64,000 bases of DNA. Origin: an uncultured Chloroflexia bacterium. Its GTDB lineage: Bacteria; Chloroflexota; Anaerolineae; CG2-30-64-16. Below, one piece after another: positions 62,498 through 64,000 of this stretch (position 1 is its first letter; every line of letters begins with the position of its first letter). Position numbers and translations under genes: made by a program. The DNA is taken from the NCBI GenBank assembly GCA_963774265.1, contig CAVZDU010000003.1, forward strand, positions 384,001 through 448,000, in the 5' to 3' direction. Under the pieces are notes generated by a model that had not been told where the DNA came from, did no database searches, and worked only from the letters and a program-made list of their open reading frames with translations.

Positions 62498-63001
62498 ATG
62501 CCTGGGATCGACATCCAAAGTCTCCAACGACGTATAGAAGCTATCGTCAACGCGCAAGGTCAGGTGCGGCTGGTATACCTCTTCGGATCGCAAGTCGGCG
62601 GAGAGATCGGGCCGCTCAGCGATGTTGACCTGGGTGTGCTGCTTGCACGCGACGCGCCGGTGGCGCGTATCCGCGCGCAATTGGCGCATCTCTTGTCCGC
62701 GGCCTTGGGTGGGAATTCCGTCGATTTGATCATCCTCAACCAGGCGCCGATCGAGTTGGCCTACGCCGTCATTGCGCAAGGCAAGATCATCTATCAGCGT
62801 GATCGCGCAGAACGGGTTGAGTATGAGGCAGATGTCATGAGCCGTTACGGGGATTATCTGCCGTTCTTGCGGGCACAGCGCCAGGATATCCTGGAAGGAG
62901 CGGGAGATGAACGTCGAGTTCAGCGGTATCGAGAGGCGCTTGGACGAACTCAGCGAGCGCTTGGCACGCCTGGCGCCCCTGTGCGACCGACCACAAGCTG
63001 A
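62498..63001 (+). CDS. mntA: Minimal nucleotidyltransferase antitoxin (MntA type)
   Basis: YLFGS-x10-DVD and VDLIILN.AP. Confidence 0.85.
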   Translation: MPGIDIQSLQRRIEAIVNAQGQVRLVYLFGSQVGGEIGPLSDVDLGVLLARDAPVARIRAQLAHLLSAALGGNSVDLIILNQAPIELAYAVIAQGKIIYQRDRAERVEYEADVMSRYGDYLPFLRAQRQDILEGAGDERRVQRYREALGRTQRALGTPGAPVRPTTS

Positions 63002-63332
63002 TTTTAGCAGCGACCCCTACTTGCGAGATATCGTCGAGCGCAATCTTGAAGTTGCTGCGCAATGCTGCATCGATATTTGTCACCGCATCATCGCGCTCGA
63101 AGGCGCCCAGAAGCCGCGCGACTACCACGAGGCGATCTTGCGCATGGGAGAGCTGGGTGTCCTGCCGCCTGACTTCGCCGAGCAGCTTGCCCCAATCGCC
63201 GGGTTTCGCAATATCCTGATTCACGAGTATCTGGCTGTGGACTGGGATGAAGTGTATGATAACCTGACGAATCTGGATGACCTCTCTCGTTTTGCGGCGC
63301 TTATCCGCGCCTGGTTGGCCAGCCAGGGGTAG
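62907..63332 (+). CDS. hepT: HEPN (DUF86) RNase toxin (HepT type)
   Basis: VERNLE and GFRNILIHEY (R-x4-H-x-Y). Confidence 0.88.
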   Translation: MNVEFSGIERRLDELSERLARLAPLCDRPQADFSSDPYLRDIVERNLEVAAQCCIDICHRIIALEGAQKPRDYHEAILRMGELGVLPPDFAEQLAPIAGFRNILIHEYLAVDWDEVYDNLTNLDDLSRFAALIRAWLASQG

Positions 63333-63339
63333 ACGACAA

Positions 63340-63724
63340 TCCAGACCTGATCACCAACGCCGACCTGGGCCTGACCCTGGTGCGCGACTTCGGGCGCTTG
63401 AGGAAGCCTGGCGCAAGGGCAACATAGATGCATTGGGGGAGGTCTATGCCGCCGGCTGCGTTGTTCACAAGCCGCCATATCCCGACCTCAACGGACTGGA
63501 GGCGAACAAACAATACGTTGCGGTTCATCGCCTTCCGGTGCACCTTTCGCATGAAACACACGAACGTTTCGCCGGTCGTCCCTGGCCCGCCCACCAGCAG
63601 AGAAGTGACCTTACAGGGCTGTGGTGTCGTTCACATCAAGGACGACAAGATCATTGAAGAGTGGGCCTATTCGGATTTCCTGGGCTTTCTGCAGCAGCTT
63701 GGCGTCCTGCCGCCGCTGGGATAG
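63340..63724 (+). pseudogene. SnoaL-like ester cyclase remnant
   Basis: EEAWRKGNIDALGEVYA and PPTSREVTLQG..KDDKIIEEW..DFLGFLQQLG lie in different frames; the central part appears deleted. Confidence 0.65.
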
Positions 63725-63769
63725 CGACAGGGTCAGCTAGCAAGGAGTTGGTGCCGAGCAAAAGCCTGA

Positions 63770-63909
63770 GATGGAGCAGGTCTGCGCTGCTATTGGTCAA
63801 CTTAAGCAGTATTCAGGAGCACCTGGCGACCGGCAGCCTCATCGCGTTTGAGCAGCAGCGTATCCGAGTGCGTTCGCTGCCATTTGCCTCGCGTCCCGAC
63901 TCCACCTAA
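63770..63909 (+). pseudogene. C-terminal fragment resembling DUF5615 PIN-like protein
   Basis: ALLLVNL..IQEHLATGSLIAFEQQRIRVRSLP. Confidence 0.55.
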
Positions 63910-64000
63910 GCCGCAGACTGGTTCCGGTCCAGTGCCGAGGACTCCGAGTTCTGGTTTTCCGTTCGCCTGTGATCGTTCCTTGTACGCGCCGCGAATGCTT

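Overview
High-GC bacterial window. Gene content suggests Chloroflexota/Anaerolineae (inference from the YLPLVLR C-terminal tail, the GT-C cluster and the STAND-WD40 protein). Many single-base frameshifts occur even in housekeeping genes, which points to uncorrected long-read errors rather than pseudogenes. Layout: (1) 1-10.3 kb: a tightly coupled operon encoding an FGE-sulfatase-domain protein, a lipoprotein with two lectin-like domains plus SH3, a CHAT protease-SIR2-like fusion and an effector-less nSTAND1-TM-WD40x16 receptor, facing a convergent clan-CD (C25/caspase-like) protease. This is the best candidate for an uncharacterised NLR-like signalling or immune system. Its WD40 propeller carries six Cys-flanked variable loops alternating C-x17-C and C-x10-C. 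(2) SAM-I riboswitch-metY, zinc-ribbon protein, Flp-like pilin, comF, a putative nucleotidyltransferase TA pair, hpf and an LMW phosphatase. (3) A 14 kb surface-glycosylation cluster containing a pair of STAND-like ATPases, one with a beta-propeller sensor. (4) A repeat lipoprotein, then a RAYT transposase with GTAG REPs inside and around it, set in hsdS/hsdR relics and next to a second copy of its own REP-filled loop. (5) Accessory genes, MmeI and ISAs1 relics, a complete IS with a 9-bp target duplication, and a flotillin. (6) SGNH/PKD and DUF11/CARDB secreted proteins, an AfsR-like regulator whose two neighbours share an 11-bp-phased promoter element, cysE, and an MntA-HepT module. No rRNA, tRNA or CRISPR array was seen. 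All family calls come from motif recognition by eye, not database searches.
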